Below, piece by piece: positions 1 to 9,768 of a stretch of DNA of 32,000 bases. Position numbers and translations under genes: made by a program. This DNA comes from an uncultured Erysipelotrichaceae bacterium (lineage in GTDB: Bacteria; Bacillota_I; Bacilli_A; Erysipelotrichales; Erysipelotrichaceae). Below the pieces are notes generated by a model. The model ran no database searches. It had not been told where the DNA came from and was given only the letters and a program-made list of their open reading frames with translations. Where the stretch lies: the NCBI GenBank assembly GCA_942493105.1, contig OW818668.1, forward strand, positions 510,001-542,000, read 5' to 3'. The stretch's first letter is position 1, and each line of letters begins with the position of its first letter.

Positions 1-266
1 ACAAAATATTCTACTCTGTTTTCTGGAAAGAGTTCTTTGAATTCAGAATAAAGCTGACCGGCTAAGGTCTTATTATGGACAAAAACCAAAGTCGGACGAT
101 TGACTCTTTCGATGACCTTAGAAATGGTAAAAGTCTTACCTGTGCCGGTAGCACCCAGTAAGACTTGAGCTCGCTTTTGCTGGTTCAACCCTTCCACCAA
201 AGCTTCTATGGCTTTGGGTTGATCGCCTGTGGGGCTGTAAGGTGAAACCAGCTTAAATTCATTCAT
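1..266 (-). CDS. uvrB: Excinuclease ABC subunit B, N-terminal part (gene runs off the window start)
   Basis: Minus-strand translation from the ATG at 266-264 gives [89 protein letters not shown]. This is the canonical UvrB N-terminus with Walker A GATGTGKT. It is absent from the ORF track because it is truncated. It overlaps the upstream gene's stop by 8 nt. Confidence 0.9.
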   Translation of the reverse strand, partial: MNEFKLVSPYSPTGDQPKAIEALVEGLNQQKRAQVLLGATGTGKTFTISKVIERVNRPTLVFVHNKTLAGQLYSEFKELFPENRVEYF

Positions 267-1734
267 TCATGATCTCCAAGGCTTTGATCATTTGCAGATC
301 TTTAACATCTTTATTGAAATGCCAAGTCTTGATCATGGTGGACTGCAGAGAAGCTAAGACTTCTTTGGTTAAGATGCCATCAACACTAAAGCCCATATCC
401 GTCTTGTATTGATTTAGAGCAGTTTGGGTTTGAACTGAGAAATAACCATCTGTTCGATCAACGGCATATCCAATGAAATCTAAACATAACTGAGCATCTT
501 TTGTTGCTTCAGATACGGAATCTAAGGCAAAGGTTTCATTGCCTTCAAATTCATAGAAACTTGTGGTCAAGACAGGATGAAGTGATATATCGAAATCAGG
601 GATGACACCGATCCCATGGATCGATTTTCCACTAGGGCTTAGCCAAGCGGCTTGGGTATACTTTAAAGCAGATCCATCTGAGAATTGGGCCATGGTTTGA
701 ACCAAGCCTTTCCCATAAGTGGTCTTACCGATCACAATGGCTCCTGCTGATTCTTGTAGGGCAGCGGCTAAGACTTCTGAAGCTGAGGCTGAATTATTAT
801 TGACGAGAATGATGACCTTATCGTAGGTATCAATGATGGTTCCTCTTGATTTGTCTAAGCTAATGTCTCCATCAACATCTTTCTGTTGAAGGATGACTGA
901 ATTGGCAGGTAAGAAATAACTGGCAATCCCCACAAGTGCAGTTAAGGATCCACCACCATTGTCTCTTAAATCGATGATGATCTTTTTGATGCCTTTAGCT
1001 TTGAAGTCTCTTAGATAGGCTTGGAATTCAGCACTGCTGGTTTCCCCAAAACTAGCCAATTCGATATAACCGATTTTATCTTCGATGGTTTTACCAAAAG
1101 CTGTATTACTGATTTTTCCACGAGTAATTTCTTTAGTGACTTCTTGATTGTCTCTAAGAAAGACAATGGTGACTTTAGAGCCTGCTTCACCTTTAACTAA
1201 GGCAACGAGTTCATCTGATGTTTTACCTGTTACAGTGACTCCGTTGACTTTATAGATGATGTCTCCAGATTGAACATCGGCTTTGAAAGCAGGTGAATTG
1301 ACAAAGACCCGATCGACGATATATGAACCATTGTTTTCAAAGAAACTGACACCTATGCCTTCATAACCCAAATTGATCGAATTACTGAATTCTTCAAGTT
1401 CTTCTTTGGTGAAATAGGTGGTATATTTATCGCCAAGTTCATTGAGCATGCCTTTGATGGCATCATTGATCATGTCGCTTTCTAGATCATTGTGTTCATT
1501 TCCAAAATACCAGTTGGTTTCCAACACATCCATGATTTGTTGAAGACGAACCATTTTGTTGTCTAACACAACAGGTTTAGGTGCAAAAGCACTTGATAAT
1601 ACAAAACCAAAGACAAAAGACATCACTATTGCAGAGATGATTAATGCTGATTTAGCTCGCTTAGCTCGTCTGGCTCTGATTTCATCTGGCCAGAGATATT
1701 TCTTTAAGCGAATACGTGATTTGTTATCTTCCAT
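259..1734 (-). CDS. S41-family C-terminal processing peptidase with a PDZ domain and a C-terminal peptidoglycan-binding-like domain
   Basis: The N-terminus has a TM anchor ([17 protein letters not shown]). A PDZ-like region follows (GIGVSF...[23 protein letters not shown]). S41 catalytic-region motifs are present ([24 protein letters not shown]). The C-terminus resembles PG_binding_1 ([29 protein letters not shown]). The track start at 1746 is a TTG. The ATG at 1734 is preceded by GAGGTG, so it is the preferred start. Confidence 0.85.
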   Translation of the reverse strand: MEDNKSRIRLKKYLWPDEIRARRAKRAKSALIISAIVMSFVFGFVLSSAFAPKPVVLDNKMVRLQQIMDVLETNWYFGNEHNDLESDMINDAIKGMLNELGDKYTTYFTKEELEEFSNSINLGYEGIGVSFFENNGSYIVDRVFVNSPAFKADVQSGDIIYKVNGVTVTGKTSDELVALVKGEAGSKVTIVFLRDNQEVTKEITRGKISNTAFGKTIEDKIGYIELASFGETSSAEFQAYLRDFKAKGIKKIIIDLRDNGGGSLTALVGIASYFLPANSVILQQKDVDGDISLDKSRGTIIDTYDKVIILVNNNSASASEVLAAALQESAGAIVIGKTTYGKGLVQTMAQFSDGSALKYTQAAWLSPSGKSIHGIGVIPDFDISLHPVLTTSFYEFEGNETFALDSVSEATKDAQLCLDFIGYAVDRTDGYFSVQTQTALNQYKTDMGFSVDGILTKEVLASLQSTMIKTWHFNKDVKDLQMIKALEIMNE

Positions 1735-1794
1735 AAGGCACCTCAATCTAACTTATTTTAACACAAAGCCAGTCACACGTGCGACTGGCTGCTT

Positions 1795-3189
1795 TTAATA
1801 TGATTTACCGACTTGAACATTGAAGAAGGTAAGCGGATTTTCTCGACATGGTGGAGTGTGTCCATTATACTCACAGCGATAATTGAGCCCAGTTGAACCA
1901 TTACGGGTCCCAAAAGTCAGATCACCTTTCCATGCATTGGCATAATATCCAACTGTGTTGGTTCCTAAATAGATGATTTCAACATGGACATGAGGTCCAG
2001 TAGAAGAACCAGACGTTCCAACTTTTCCAATGAATTCAGCTCCATCGACGATTTTACCAAGGGATAGTGCGGTATCTTTTTGAAGATGCAAGTAAGCAAT
2101 CGCATAGGATTTATTGTTGACGGATACCATTAAATAGACTTGATTACCACCACCTGAACGACCAGGCTTTCCACAAGTACTGCCTAAGTAACCATAAGTA
2201 GGACAAGCATTACTGGAATAAATGACAACTCCATTGGCGACAGCCATAATGGTTGTTCCTAAAGAGGCCGCAAAATCTACACCTAAATGAACTCCGCCTT
2301 CAGGATAATACCATACACCGGCTGAGACACGGAATTTACCGACTGGGCGAATAAAACCACTGGAAGTTGGAACATTCTTCAGAGCCTCCGCAATGCCTTT
2401 TAAAATGGCTTTTGTTTCTGCGAGATCTCCTGCGATTTCTTCAGCTTTGGATTGGATGAGATCTTGTTGTTTACGATATTCAACAAGGATGGATGCGATA
2501 CTGGTTTTAAGAGACTCAATCGTAGCTTGATTGGTTTCCATGTTGGCTTTGTTTTGAAGCTGAACTTCTTTTTGTCTTACGACTTCAGCTTTGTCTTGAT
2601 TCAAGGCATTGACTTGTTCAACCAAAAGATTCATTTGATGACGATCATATTCGGTGATGTCATTGATACCTTGGATTCGGATTACCAGATCTGAGAAATC
2701 ACTGGCTCCCATCATAAAGTCAATAAACGAATTCAAAGATACAAAAGCTTGCATCTTGACCATTCTGTCTTTGATGGTACCATCGATCGCATTGATATTC
2801 TTTGAACGAATGGCGACTTGAGCTTCAAGTTCCAGGATCGTAAGATCGCTGTTTTTAATGGCTTTTTCTAAATTGACGATGTCTTTTTCTAGTGCTGTGA
2901 TCTGAATTTCATAATCCCCGACTTTTTTAGCCAAGGCGAGTATATTGCTTGATAGGTTCTTAAGATCAGCTTGGAGTTTCTTGAGTTCTGCTTCTGCATC
3001 TTTAACTTTTTGATTGACATAGGCCTGATATGCTGTACAGGCTGCAACGTTTTTTGCGGCTGCTGAAGACGAACAAAGCGCAGCATAATAATCCTCATTA
3101 TCTTTGAAGTTATAGTCAACAGCGCTGACTCTTGTGATCGTGCTGCTTAACAATATAAGTGTGATAAACAGAAGCACCTTTTTTTTCAT
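1795..3189 (-). CDS. Secreted coiled-coil M23 (LytM-type) peptidoglycan metalloendopeptidase; EnvC/PcsB-like partner expected for FtsEX
   Basis: A signal peptide is present (MKKKVLLFITLILLSSTITRVSA). About 250 aa of heptad-rich coiled coil follow. The C-terminal M23 motifs HLGVDFAA (HxxxD) and GPHVHVEI (HxH) are intact. The start overlaps the ftsX stop by 4 nt. Confidence 0.85.
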   Translation of the reverse strand: MKKKVLLFITLILLSSTITRVSAVDYNFKDNEDYYAALCSSSAAAKNVAACTAYQAYVNQKVKDAEAELKKLQADLKNLSSNILALAKKVGDYEIQITALEKDIVNLEKAIKNSDLTILELEAQVAIRSKNINAIDGTIKDRMVKMQAFVSLNSFIDFMMGASDFSDLVIRIQGINDITEYDRHQMNLLVEQVNALNQDKAEVVRQKEVQLQNKANMETNQATIESLKTSIASILVEYRKQQDLIQSKAEEIAGDLAETKAILKGIAEALKNVPTSSGFIRPVGKFRVSAGVWYYPEGGVHLGVDFAASLGTTIMAVANGVVIYSSNACPTYGYLGSTCGKPGRSGGGNQVYLMVSVNNKSYAIAYLHLQKDTALSLGKIVDGAEFIGKVGTSGSSTGPHVHVEIIYLGTNTVGYYANAWKGDLTFGTRNGSTGLNYRCEYNGHTPPCRENPLTFFNVQVGKSY

Positions 3190-4082
3190 GGTTTTATGTG
3201 TAGGTATCTGGTGACGGAGATGAAACTTCCGATCAAACCGACGACTACCCCCAATATAGCTAATAAATAACTAATTTGCAAGACAAAAGGATAAATTGGG
3301 CGCAAAATAAACAATTCTGTGATTAAATAGCCTCCTAAGGCTTTGTATAAATAGGTGTAACCATAGATCGTTAGCGCAACAGGAACCAGTGATCCAAGAA
3401 AACCGATGACCAAACCTTCAAGGACCATAGGGGCTCTAATAAAGCTGTTGGTAGCACCTAAAGTCTTTAAGATCTTGATTTCATCGTAGCGTGATTGGAT
3501 GGTGATCTTAATGGTATTGGCAATCAAGAAGATGGCCAATGAACCTAAAACAAGCACGATGATGATGCCGATGTCTCGAATACTATTCATCAGTTTGATT
3601 AATTTGAGGGTATTTTCTCCCCCGTAATTTACTTTTTCGACCCCAACAAAGTTTTCAATTTGCTCGGAGATGATTTTGATGTCAAAACCTTCTTTAATTT
3701 CTACGATATAGGCATTACGTAAAGGATTGTTTTCTCCACGATACATTTCGAAGATCGAACCTTCTGGTCCATAGGCTGCAATGAATTTATCAAGCTCATT
3801 GTTTTTATCTGAGAATACTGCTGTCTTGACACCGTCTATGATTTTGATTTGATCACCTAATCCTTTGATGGATTCAGTATCAAATGTATTGGTGATCGAT
3901 ACGTGAATTTGAACTTCACCTTGGACTGTTTCTGAAATCTGTCTTACATTGAGTGAAAGCATCAGAAATAGCGACATCAAGGTCAAAGTAATGGTTACGG
4001 CTAAGATCGATGAGAATGACATACCGGCATGTCTGATCAATCCAAAGAAAGCTTCTTTGATGTGTCTTGTTATTTTACGCAT
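3186..4082 (-). CDS. ftsX: Cell-division ABC transporter permease-like protein FtsX
   Basis: The protein is 298 aa. It has an N-terminal TM, a large extracytoplasmic loop, then three C-terminal TM helices (the FtsX-fold topology). It overlaps ftsE by 8 nt, which is the classic ftsEX arrangement. Confidence 0.85.
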   Translation of the reverse strand: MRKITRHIKEAFFGLIRHAGMSFSSILAVTITLTLMSLFLMLSLNVRQISETVQGEVQIHVSITNTFDTESIKGLGDQIKIIDGVKTAVFSDKNNELDKFIAAYGPEGSIFEMYRGENNPLRNAYIVEIKEGFDIKIISEQIENFVGVEKVNYGGENTLKLIKLMNSIRDIGIIIVLVLGSLAIFLIANTIKITIQSRYDEIKILKTLGATNSFIRAPMVLEGLVIGFLGSLVPVALTIYGYTYLYKALGGYLITELFILRPIYPFVLQISYLLAILGVVVGLIGSFISVTRYLHIKP

Positions 4083-4764
4083 TACTATGATAGCCTCCTT
4101 CTTTAAGGTCAGCTATAAGATGTCCATCTTCTAATGCAATGGTTCTTTTACGCATGGTATTGACGATATCGACATCATGTGTGACAACCAAGACGGTCGT
4201 TCTTTCTTCACGATTGATGGTTTCTAAGAGTTGGACGATTTCTTTGGCTTTTGCGAAATCAAGGTTACCGGTTGGTTCATCCGCAATCAACAGTTTTGGT
4301 TTGTTGGCAATGGCTCTGGCGATGACACAACGCTGTTGCTGTCCGCCTGATAACTGATCAGGATAAGAGTTGGCTTTATCGCTTAGTCCTACCAAGTCTA
4401 AAACTTCGCGCACTCTTGTTCGTGCAGGCAATACTGCCATGTTACTGATTTCAAGGGCCAACATGACATTCTCAAAGACTGTTTTTCTTGGAAGTAATTT
4501 ATAGTCTTGATAGACGACTCCAATATATCGACGATAAAAAGGAATTCTGCCGTTTCTTAGTTTTCCAATATTGATACCGGCAACTTCCACAAGACCTTTA
4601 GAAGGTCTTTCTTCCGCATCGATGAGTTTGATCAGAGTAGATTTACCGCTGCCAGTAGGACCAATGATGTAGACGAATTCACCTTGTTCAATGAATAAAT
4701 TGACGTTATATAAGGCATTTACGCCGTTTTTATATGTTTTATAGACTTCTTTTAATTTGAGCAT
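4075..4764 (-). CDS. ftsE: Cell-division ATP-binding protein FtsE
   Basis: Walker A GPTGSGKST, ABC signature LSGGQQQR and Walker B LLIADEPTGNLD are present. The 229-aa size and the position upstream of ftsX fit FtsE. Confidence 0.9.
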   Translation of the reverse strand: MLKLKEVYKTYKNGVNALYNVNLFIEQGEFVYIIGPTGSGKSTLIKLIDAEERPSKGLVEVAGINIGKLRNGRIPFYRRYIGVVYQDYKLLPRKTVFENVMLALEISNMAVLPARTRVREVLDLVGLSDKANSYPDQLSGGQQQRCVIARAIANKPKLLIADEPTGNLDFAKAKEIVQLLETINREERTTVLVVTHDVDIVNTMRKRTIALEDGHLIADLKEGGYHSNA

Positions 4765-4795
4765 GTTTCCCCTTCTTTATGAACAGTATACTCTT

Positions 4796-5641
4796 TTAAA
4801 CTTTATAGTCGAATGAAAAGCCATTGCCTTTGACTTCCATGGCATCCGTTACGACCACAAAAGCATGAGGATCGATCTTATTGATTTCTTTGATCATTTC
4901 TGGATATTCTACTTTAGAGATGACCGTCATAATAATATTTTTAGGGGCTTTCGTGAAGCCACCATAGCCTGAAAGCAAGGTTGACCCTCGATCGACTTCT
5001 TTCTGAATAAAGTCATTTACTTCATCTGTTTTTTCAGAAATGATCATGATACTTAAGGATTCCAAACTTCCAAATAATAATATTTTATTGACTGCGAAAG
5101 ATGTGGCCCAAACAGAAATCAAACCGATCAAGACAGCTTCCACACCATAAGCAAACATCCCAAAGAGAACTGTAAAGCCATCTACGATCAAAATCAGCTT
5201 GTAGAGTTCAATGTGTGTATACTTGTTGATGATCATCGGCGGGACATCCATACCACCAGTAGAGGCTCCTGTCCTAAAGACCAATCCGACTCCTACACCG
5301 CCTATTAAACCGCCATATAAACTGGCCAACACAGGATCGATATTCATTGTAAAACTAAACTGATTGAGTACCAATAGAAAAAACGGATATAGAAAGGAAC
5401 TGATGGCCGTATGGGTCATGAATTTTTTTCCTAAGAAAAGTGAACCAAGAATAAACATGGCTATAATAAGACCATTGACGATAAGATCAGCTTGAATACC
5501 AGACAACTTACTGACTGCTACAGCGATCCCGGCAACCCCACCAGATAATATATTATAGGGCAGAATAAAAAAGCGTACCGCGAAAGCGAGGATCAGATTT
5601 CCGAAGATGACCAAAAGTAAATCGATGACATATCTTTTCAT
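4796..5641 (-). CDS. YitT-family membrane protein (DUF2179 C-terminal domain)
   Basis: The N-terminal half is polytopic and hydrophobic. The soluble C-terminal domain ends in ...HAFVVVTDAMEVKGNGFSF, as in YitT/DUF2179 proteins. Confidence 0.75.
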   Translation of the reverse strand: MKRYVIDLLLVIFGNLILAFAVRFFILPYNILSGGVAGIAVAVSKLSGIQADLIVNGLIIAMFILGSLFLGKKFMTHTAISSFLYPFFLLVLNQFSFTMNIDPVLASLYGGLIGGVGVGLVFRTGASTGGMDVPPMIINKYTHIELYKLILIVDGFTVLFGMFAYGVEAVLIGLISVWATSFAVNKILLFGSLESLSIMIISEKTDEVNDFIQKEVDRGSTLLSGYGGFTKAPKNIIMTVISKVEYPEMIKEINKIDPHAFVVVTDAMEVKGNGFSFDYKV

Positions 5642-5682
5642 AGGGTTTCATTCCTTACGGTTTTATTATATCATTGAGTGAT

Positions 5683-6132
5683 ATGAAGCACTTGAAAAAA
5701 CACGCCTTTCTACTCTTGGCACTACTATGGACCATCCTTATCTTCTCATTTTCACTTCAAAGCGCAGATGAATCGATCATTACCAGCAATGTCCTGCTTG
5801 ATTTTTTAGCGAGCCTTTTCCCTATTCTAAAAGATCCGACTTATTTAAATCTCGCCATTTTGATTTTACGTAAGACAGCTCACTTTACGGAATATTTTAT
5901 TTTAGGTTATTTTTATACTAAAGCCAGCGAAGAAACCAACCAAGATAAGATCTTGCTTATCGGTTATTTGATCCCCATCATCGATGAATCCATTCAATTG
6001 TTTAGTCCAGGAAGATCAGGCCAAGCCTTGGATATGGTAATCGATATGGCAGGATACTTAACTGGTTTAGTTGTCTTTAAGAGTATTAATCGTTTTGTGA
6101 AGCTCATTAAGAAGAATTGGACAGGGAAATAA
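5683..6132 (+). CDS. VanZ-like family membrane protein
   Basis: This is a small four-TM protein with the VanZ signature region RKTAHFTEYFILGYF and DESIQLFSPGRSGQALDMVIDMAGY. The track start at 5674 is a TTG. The ATG at 5683 (MKHLKKH...) is preferred. Confidence 0.7.
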   Translation: MKHLKKHAFLLLALLWTILIFSFSLQSADESIITSNVLLDFLASLFPILKDPTYLNLAILILRKTAHFTEYFILGYFYTKASEETNQDKILLIGYLIPIIDESIQLFSPGRSGQALDMVIDMAGYLTGLVVFKSINRFVKLIKKNWTGK

Positions 6133-6200
6133 GTAAAATTCACTTTACTTAGAAAGTTACAAAATATTCTAAGTAAAATATTTGGTTGTTTATTTTACTT

Positions 6201-6234
6201 AAAAATCACATGTAGATTCATCATGTGACTTTTT
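6201..6234. terminator. Bidirectional rho-independent terminator between the convergent VanZ and AbiEii genes
   Basis: The sequence reads AAAAA-TCACATG(6206-6212)-tagattcat-CATGTGA(6222-6228)-C-TTTTT. That is a 7-bp perfect stem with a 9-nt loop, flanked by an A-run and a T-run, so either strand reads stem plus U-tract. A second AT-rich inverted repeat lies just upstream: TTTACTTAGAA at 6144-6154 and TTCTAAGTAAA at 6167-6177. Confidence 0.5.
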
Positions 6235-6337
6235 GAAATAATGATTCTACTTAGTACGTTGTTCCATCATGCTCTTTAAATGGAAATTTTTGTTAATAGG
6301 TGTTCTGATGAGGTCATTGGAACTATTGTTTGGCATC

Positions 6338-7420
6338 TTAAAATGTTCCCAACTCCATTATCCTATTTTCCACCCATACTGCTTCTAGAAATTGATTATA
6401 AAGGTTAGATCCACTGATCATTCTAAGATGCTTGATCTGTGTTCTATTCAAGAAAGACGCTCTTACTTCTCTTTCATTGAACGAAGTAAGATGATTAAAG
6501 AAATTCTCCTTGCTTTCACAAATTAACATGATTAAGCATCTGTAAACATCCATGGCGCAAATAATGGCATCATGAAACCTGAAATTTGTAGTTGTGAAAT
6601 AACCAAAACCAATAACTCCTCTTTTTAGTAATTTATACATTTCGTGATCCCCAAACTTACCATCGGATAAAATCAATTTACATGTATCAATCGAATCCCT
6701 CAAACAATGTTGATAATCAACTCCTTTGAGCTCGCGATACTTTATTTCCCTGTTGCATATTTCAATATATGTCTCTTTGACTAAAGCAAAATCTTTAGAA
6801 CTCCTAAAAAGCTTTGAACAATCAAATAGTTGTTTGATAATTTCAGTGGTTTTCATATCTTTGTATCTTATCCCAACTGTATTTGGAGCGAATGCAGTTA
6901 GTTTATCACCAAGCATTTCTTCGACAGAAGGAATTTTGACAGAACTCAATGGTGTTATTGTGTCAAGTAGCTCAATGGCTATGTCCTTAGTAGTCAATTT
7001 TTTATACGGATTATCATCGACGACGATATCCAATAAAACATAAGGTAAAACACCATTGTCAGATCTAATTACAGATTGGTAATAAAACTTGTAATGGTGT
7101 TTTTGAAGAAGTGATGGTTTTCGAATATCTTCTGTGATTTTGATAAATCTACTATTTAAGTGGTTTCTTATGGCTTCGCTCAATTTCGCATAATTGTCTT
7201 CACTGATCAAAATATCGATATCCACAGAAAATCGATGAAATGACTCAAACTGTAGAAGTAAGCTGCTGCCCCCTTTGAAAACAAAATCGATATCAAGCAA
7301 TGATATCGATTCAAGAAGATGAAAAGCAGTGATGACTTTTTCAATTATTTCAGATTGACCAGGATTTGTTTTGCTTTTTTGAATAATCCAATCTTTACTA
7401 AAGCTTTTCTCACTGATCAT
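6338..7420 (-). CDS. abiEii: AbiEii/AbiGii-family nucleotidyltransferase toxin (type IV TA)
   Basis: The nucleotidyltransferase-fold motifs are FVFKGGSSLLLQF...RFSVDIDILI (G-S...DxD). The protein is 360 aa. A GGGGAG RBS lies 4 nt upstream of the ATG. The gene overlaps the upstream antitoxin-like gene by 11 nt. Confidence 0.75.
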   Translation of the reverse strand: MISEKSFSKDWIIQKSKTNPGQSEIIEKVITAFHLLESISLLDIDFVFKGGSSLLLQFESFHRFSVDIDILISEDNYAKLSEAIRNHLNSRFIKITEDIRKPSLLQKHHYKFYYQSVIRSDNGVLPYVLLDIVVDDNPYKKLTTKDIAIELLDTITPLSSVKIPSVEEMLGDKLTAFAPNTVGIRYKDMKTTEIIKQLFDCSKLFRSSKDFALVKETYIEICNREIKYRELKGVDYQHCLRDSIDTCKLILSDGKFGDHEMYKLLKRGVIGFGYFTTTNFRFHDAIICAMDVYRCLIMLICESKENFFNHLTSFNEREVRASFLNRTQIKHLRMISGSNLYNQFLEAVWVENRIMELGTF

Positions 7421-8213
7421 AGAACTCCCCGGTATCTATATCAAAGCTTAAGTTACGCTCTATATATTCCTTCATAACATCTTTTTTATTTCTACTTCGA
7501 GCATATGAAAATAAAGTTTTGAAGTTAACCGCATAGTCTCTAAGTATGTTTTTAAAAATCAAATCCCTTTTAGAATCATCAATAATGGTGAGTAGTGGCT
7601 CTACAAACAAATCCATCATTATTTTTTCGATCTTAGGTGTAGACAGTGACGATTTATCACCGTGATAGTTAAGGTTAAATCCTACATGCTTACTAAATCT
7701 TTTTTTATGGGTTGGGGCTTTATAGATCAGTGTCCTAAGAATGATGGTTGAATCTAACCCTATAAATGATTCTATCTGCTCAATATTCGGTTTTAATAAT
7801 ATATTAAATTGTTTATCTCGACTTAACCTTTCTAAAACAATAGACTCAAAGCCCTTTTCAACTTCCACAAAGCAAACATTTTTAAAAATTTGCATTTCAA
7901 GAAACTGATTAAGAGACTTTAGTTCCCATACACAAATCTCTAGTTTTGGATAAATTAAACTTAGGTCAGTCAATGCAGGCAAAACGATTGGTGAAGGTTC
8001 ACTTCTGTACGTCTTTCTAGAAGATATCTTATATTTGTCAGAGCTTAGTTGATATATGATGTTCTTGCTTGTCAAATCAAAAATCGCAAAACTTTTGCTT
8101 CTGGAATTTAAAAGATCAGATTCTTCATCGATAAATTGATTTAATGTCTTTGAATCAATAACGAACCCTTCAGGGAATCTATTCTTTAGTTTTTCAATGG
8201 TTGATTTTCTCAT
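7410..8213 (-). CDS. abiEi: AbiEi-like (DUF6088-type) antitoxin and transcriptional autoregulator
   Basis: Its position is immediately upstream of AbiEii and overlapping it. The N-terminus (STIEKLKNRFPEGFVIDSKTLNQF...) resembles the wHTH lead of AbiEi/DUF6088 proteins as I recall them. Paired palindromic operators sit in its promoter. The family assignment rests on synteny plus weak motif memory. Confidence 0.55.
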   Translation of the reverse strand: MRKSTIEKLKNRFPEGFVIDSKTLNQFIDEESDLLNSRSKSFAIFDLTSKNIIYQLSSDKYKISSRKTYRSEPSPIVLPALTDLSLIYPKLEICVWELKSLNQFLEMQIFKNVCFVEVEKGFESIVLERLSRDKQFNILLKPNIEQIESFIGLDSTIILRTLIYKAPTHKKRFSKHVGFNLNYHGDKSSLSTPKIEKIMMDLFVEPLLTIIDDSKRDLIFKNILRDYAVNFKTLFSYARSRNKKDVMKEYIERNLSFDIDTGEFYDQ

Positions 8214-8220
8214 ACATCTC

Positions 8221-8259
8221 CGGTATGGTTGAATATTCTTGTTTTTTCAACTATACCGA
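8221..8259. promoter_or_regulatory. Proximal palindromic operator (copy 1) over the predicted TSS/leader of abiEi
   Basis: CGGTATGGTTGAA (8221-8233) and TTCAACTATACCG (8247-8259) form a 13-bp inverted repeat with one mismatch and a 13-nt T-rich spacer. The operator lies between the -10 and the RBS (GGAG at 8217-8220). Confidence 0.6.
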
Positions 8260-8260
8260 T

Positions 8261-8289
8261 ATTTTAAATCTTGAATCGTGATATGTCAA
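8261..8289 (-). promoter_or_regulatory. SigA-type promoter of the abiEi-abiEii operon
   Basis: On the minus strand, TTGACA (8289-8284) is followed by an exact 17-nt spacer and then TAAAAT (8266-8261). The promoter is bracketed by the two palindromes. Confidence 0.65.
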
Positions 8290-8330
8290 ATCGGTATGGT
8301 TGAATATTCTTTTTTTTCAACCATACCGAT
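8290..8330. promoter_or_regulatory. Distal palindromic operator (copy 2) abutting the -35
   Basis: ATCGGTATGGTTGAA (8290-8304) and TTCAACCATACCGAT (8316-8330) form a perfect 15-bp inverted repeat with an 11-nt spacer. It is a near-identical direct copy of the 8221-8259 element, about 70 bp away. Confidence 0.6.
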
Positions 8331-8355
8331 AATAGTTTTGAGATTTTATATTAAA

Positions 8356-9768
8356 TCAAGCTAGAGGAATGATAAAGCTGAAGTGAGTTCCTTTATGGAT
8401 TTCACTCTTGACTTCGATTTGGATCTTATGACGATCAGCGATTCTTTTACATAATGCCAGTCCAATCCCATTGCCTTCGGTCGTATGATAGCGTACAAAC
8501 AAGGTTTTGAGCTGATCTTCACTGATGCCTTCTCCTTGATCCATGATGCTTAGGATGACCTTGTTTCCTTCTTGGTGAGCTTTTAGGGTTATGGTTGAAC
8601 CACTAGGGCTGAATTTAACGGCGTTATCAAGCACAATCATCAGCATCTGTCTAAGTCTTTGATGATCAGCTTCAATGCGCCACAAGCCTTCTTGAGTCTC
8701 ACAGGACAGTTTTAGCTTCTTGGTTTCTAGTAGTGGTTGAACAGATCGGCAAGTATCCGATAAGAGATCATGGATCTCAATGGGTTGTTTGTCGATGTTG
8801 AAATCAGGATCTTCGAGTTTACTGAGTTCAAGCAAGTCTTTGATCAGTCTTTGCATGGCTTGAGTTTCGGTGATGATTTGTTCACTGACCGCAATGGGAT
8901 CTTCATAGAGACCATCTTTGACCCCTTCAGCCAAACCACGGATGATGGTGACTGGGGTACGTAGTTCATGGGTGATGTCTGAGATGAAGTTTTGTCTCAT
9001 CTTTTCAAGATTGTCGGATTGGGTCTTGGCTTTAGAAAGACGGCTTGAAAGGATGTTGAGGTTATCTGAGAGTTGACCCAGTTCATCATTGGAGGTTTTG
9101 CTTAAAGCTAAGTTATAATTTCCAGAAGCTAAGGTATCGATGGCGTGGTTGGCTGCTTGAACAGGTTTGATGAAGTGTTTGGATAAGAAGTAACCCATGA
9201 GTGAAGCAATCAAGATGCCGATCAAAGTTGCCATCAACATTTGTCGGACCGCAATATTACTAATAGAGCTTATCGCATTAGAAGAAGCACTGATGAAGAC
9301 AGCTCCGATGATGGTTCCATTGAATGAGACAGGTGAACCTATGGTAAGGGTATCTTGATTAAAGACGCCTCTTAAGCCTTCTGAACTGATGCGTTGACCG
9401 GCTAATACTTTATCGATCATATTACGTGTCGCTGAAGCAAAAGCAGAATAATCACGCATCATGCCCATGCCCATTTTAACAGGGGTTAATCTTGAGATCT
9501 TGCCTGAAGGGTCTACGACCCATACTTGGACATCGTCTAAGGGCATACTGGATAAAACAGAGGATATCTCTTCTTTAGTAGGGGTTAAAGTTGCCTTGTC
9601 TTCCATCAGTTCTACGATCATTTGAGATTCATGAAGAAGACTGGTTTCTATGCCTTCTTTGGTTTGTCTGCGATAGGAGAAACTAAAAATGATACTGATG
9701 ACCACAGCGAAAGATAAGATGACTAAAATGAAATAGGTGACCAGTTTACGGGTGATGCCTGATTTCAT
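8356..9768 (-). CDS. Sensor histidine kinase (two TM helices, HAMP, HisKA, HATPase_c)
   Basis: The H-box is ISDITHELRTPVT. The N/G boxes are LDNAVKFSP and DQGEGIS...GNGIGLALC. TM helices are at the N-terminus and around aa 175-195, followed by a HAMP-like segment. The gene overlaps the response regulator by 4 nt (ATGA). Confidence 0.9.
   Translation of the reverse strand: MKSGITRKLVTYFILVILSFAVVISIIFSFSYRRQTKEGIETSLLHESQMIVELMEDKATLTPTKEEISSVLSSMPLDDVQVWVVDPSGKISRLTPVKMGMGMMRDYSAFASATRNMIDKVLAGQRISSEGLRGVFNQDTLTIGSPVSFNGTIIGAVFISASSNAISSISNIAVRQMLMATLIGILIASLMGYFLSKHFIKPVQAANHAIDTLASGNYNLALSKTSNDELGQLSDNLNILSSRLSKAKTQSDNLEKMRQNFISDITHELRTPVTIIRGLAEGVKDGLYEDPIAVSEQIITETQAMQRLIKDLLELSKLEDPDFNIDKQPIEIHDLLSDTCRSVQPLLETKKLKLSCETQEGLWRIEADHQRLRQMLMIVLDNAVKFSPSGSTITLKAHQEGNKVILSIMDQGEGISEDQLKTLFVRYHTTEGNGIGLALCKRIADRHKIQIEVKSEIHKGTHFSFIIPLA

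Noticed and set aside
1795-4764. Reporting the ftsE-ftsX-M23 peptidase cluster as unusual
   Set aside because: FtsEX coupled to a coiled-coil peptidoglycan hydrolase or activator is a well-established arrangement in Bacillota and Proteobacteria. The intact HxxxD/HxH motifs are normal for Gram-positive partners.
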